Below are positions 23,410 to 24,260 of a DNA stretch of 24,260 nt, one piece after another. The stretch lies in the IMG/VR virus record IMGVR_UViG_3300033076_000166, positions 1-24,260 of that record; one strand, given 5' to 3'. The position numbers and the translations under genes are program-made. The notes below the pieces were generated by a model. It was not told the origin of the DNA, made no database searches, and saw only the letters and a list, made by a program, of their open reading frames with translations. Source of the stretch: a virus. Lineage: Duplodnaviria; Caudoviricetes. Each line of letters opens with the position of its first letter. Position 1 is the stretch's first letter.

Positions 23410-24260
23410 ATGAGAAACCAATCCATACTAATGCACACACTTGACCTGGCACTGTCAATGAAACGCCCACACTACGGCGACGGAGCTACCGAGTTTACAT
23501 TACTCATCTGGGATTTACTGCCCGACCATCTGCGCGAGATAGCTACTATCGATGACTGCGCCAATCTGCATGTAGATAACCGCCACGGTACTAGCAAAAC
23601 TCTGTTCGTTGCGCACGTAGATACGGTTCACCACAAGGACGGCAAGAACAAGATAAGGAAGACCAAGACACACTGGTATGCCAAGGGCGATGTGCTCGGC
23701 GCAGATGACGGTGCGGGTGTTGCCTTGCTTATGCACATGCTGCACAACGATGTGCCGGGCTATTACATATTCACGCAGGGCGAAGAGCGCGGCGGTATAG
23801 GTGCAACCTACCTAGCCAAGCACAAGCAAGACTTGCTTGCCCAGTTCGACCGTGCCATTGCGTTTGACAGGCGTGGGCTTGACAGTGTGATTACACACCA
23901 AGGCTGGGGACGTTGCTGCTCTGACGAGTTCGGCAGTGCGCTATGCTACGAGCTTGGCAAAGCCAATGACAATATGATGCACTTGAACGATGACACTGGC
24001 GTATACACTGACACCGCTGAGTTCACCGAGATTATCCCTGAGTGTACAAACATATCGGTTGGCTATGACCACGAGCACAGCCAGAGAGAAGAGCTTAACC
24101 TTGTTTACTATCAACAACTCTCTTCTGCCGTTTTGCTTGTCGATTGGGAAAGCTTGCCGGTCAAGCGTGATCCTACGCAACCAGACCCGGACGACCGGTT
24201 CGGCATGTATTCATGGCGTGGGTATAGCACTGCAACCAGCTCGGTTGTTCCAACCGGCAC
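23410..24260 (+). CDS. M28/M20-clan zinc metallopeptidase-like protein, 3' end outside the window
   Basis: Not in the ORF track. ATG at 23410 after GAAGGAG; open frame with AHVDTVH, LGADDGAG, QGEERGGIG, AFDRRG, YTDT and SVGYDHEHS, the metal-ligand series of aminopeptidase-clan enzymes. Confidence 0.85.
   Translation, partial: MRNQSILMHTLDLALSMKRPHYGDGATEFTLLIWDLLPDHLREIATIDDCANLHVDNRHGTSKTLFVAHVDTVHHKDGKNKIRKTKTHWYAKGDVLGADDGAGVALLMHMLHNDVPGYYIFTQGEERGGIGATYLAKHKQDLLAQFDRAIAFDRRGLDSVITHQGWGRCCSDEFGSALCYELGKANDNMMHLNDDTGVYTDTAEFTEIIPECTNISVGYDHEHSQREELNLVYYQQLSSAVLLVDWESLPVKRDPTQPDPDDRFGMYSWRGYSTATSSVVPTG

Noticed and set aside
18607-24180. Minus-strand and alternative-frame ORFs over the early genes (e.g. 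21092..21598, 22586..23023, 22781..23188, 23941..24180)
   Set aside because: They overlap stronger plus-strand genes that have clear RBSs and recognisable motifs.
1-24260. tRNA, rRNA, integrase, transposase, reverse transcriptase or alternative genetic code
   Set aside because: No cloverleaf or catalytic motifs recognised by eye, and genes read through intact in the standard code with tight packing.

Overview
Fragment of a tailed dsDNA phage genome (Caudoviricetes, podovirus-like gene order) with two divergent blocks. The minus strand (1-17956) is the late/morphogenesis operon: putative terminase small subunit, terminase large subunit, an inserted gene with a twin-arginine (Tat) signal peptide, portal, GroES-like co-chaperonin, scaffold, decoration protein, major capsid protein, several small Lys-rich proteins, neck/adaptor proteins and Gly/Thr-rich tail proteins. 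The plus strand (18520-24260) carries small early-type genes, an AT-rich origin-like region, a NinX/DUF2591-like gene, a Cys-rich acidic protein and an M28/M20-type metallopeptidase truncated by the window edge. The most striking signal is non-coding. At the strand switch, a sigma70-type promoter (TTGCAA-17 bp-TATAGT) and an intrinsic terminator delimit a ~100-nt RNA. Its central hairpin displays CAUUUGCUUCUCCUU, the exact complement of a Shine-Dalgarno-plus-start-codon sequence (AAGGAGAAGCAAATG) shared identically by four dispersed phage genes. This suggests a trans-acting antisense sRNA controlling a multi-gene regulon. A second candidate structured RNA (kissing-loop, abutting an RBS) follows the capsid gene. 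All functional calls come from reading motifs by eye; no database searches were run.
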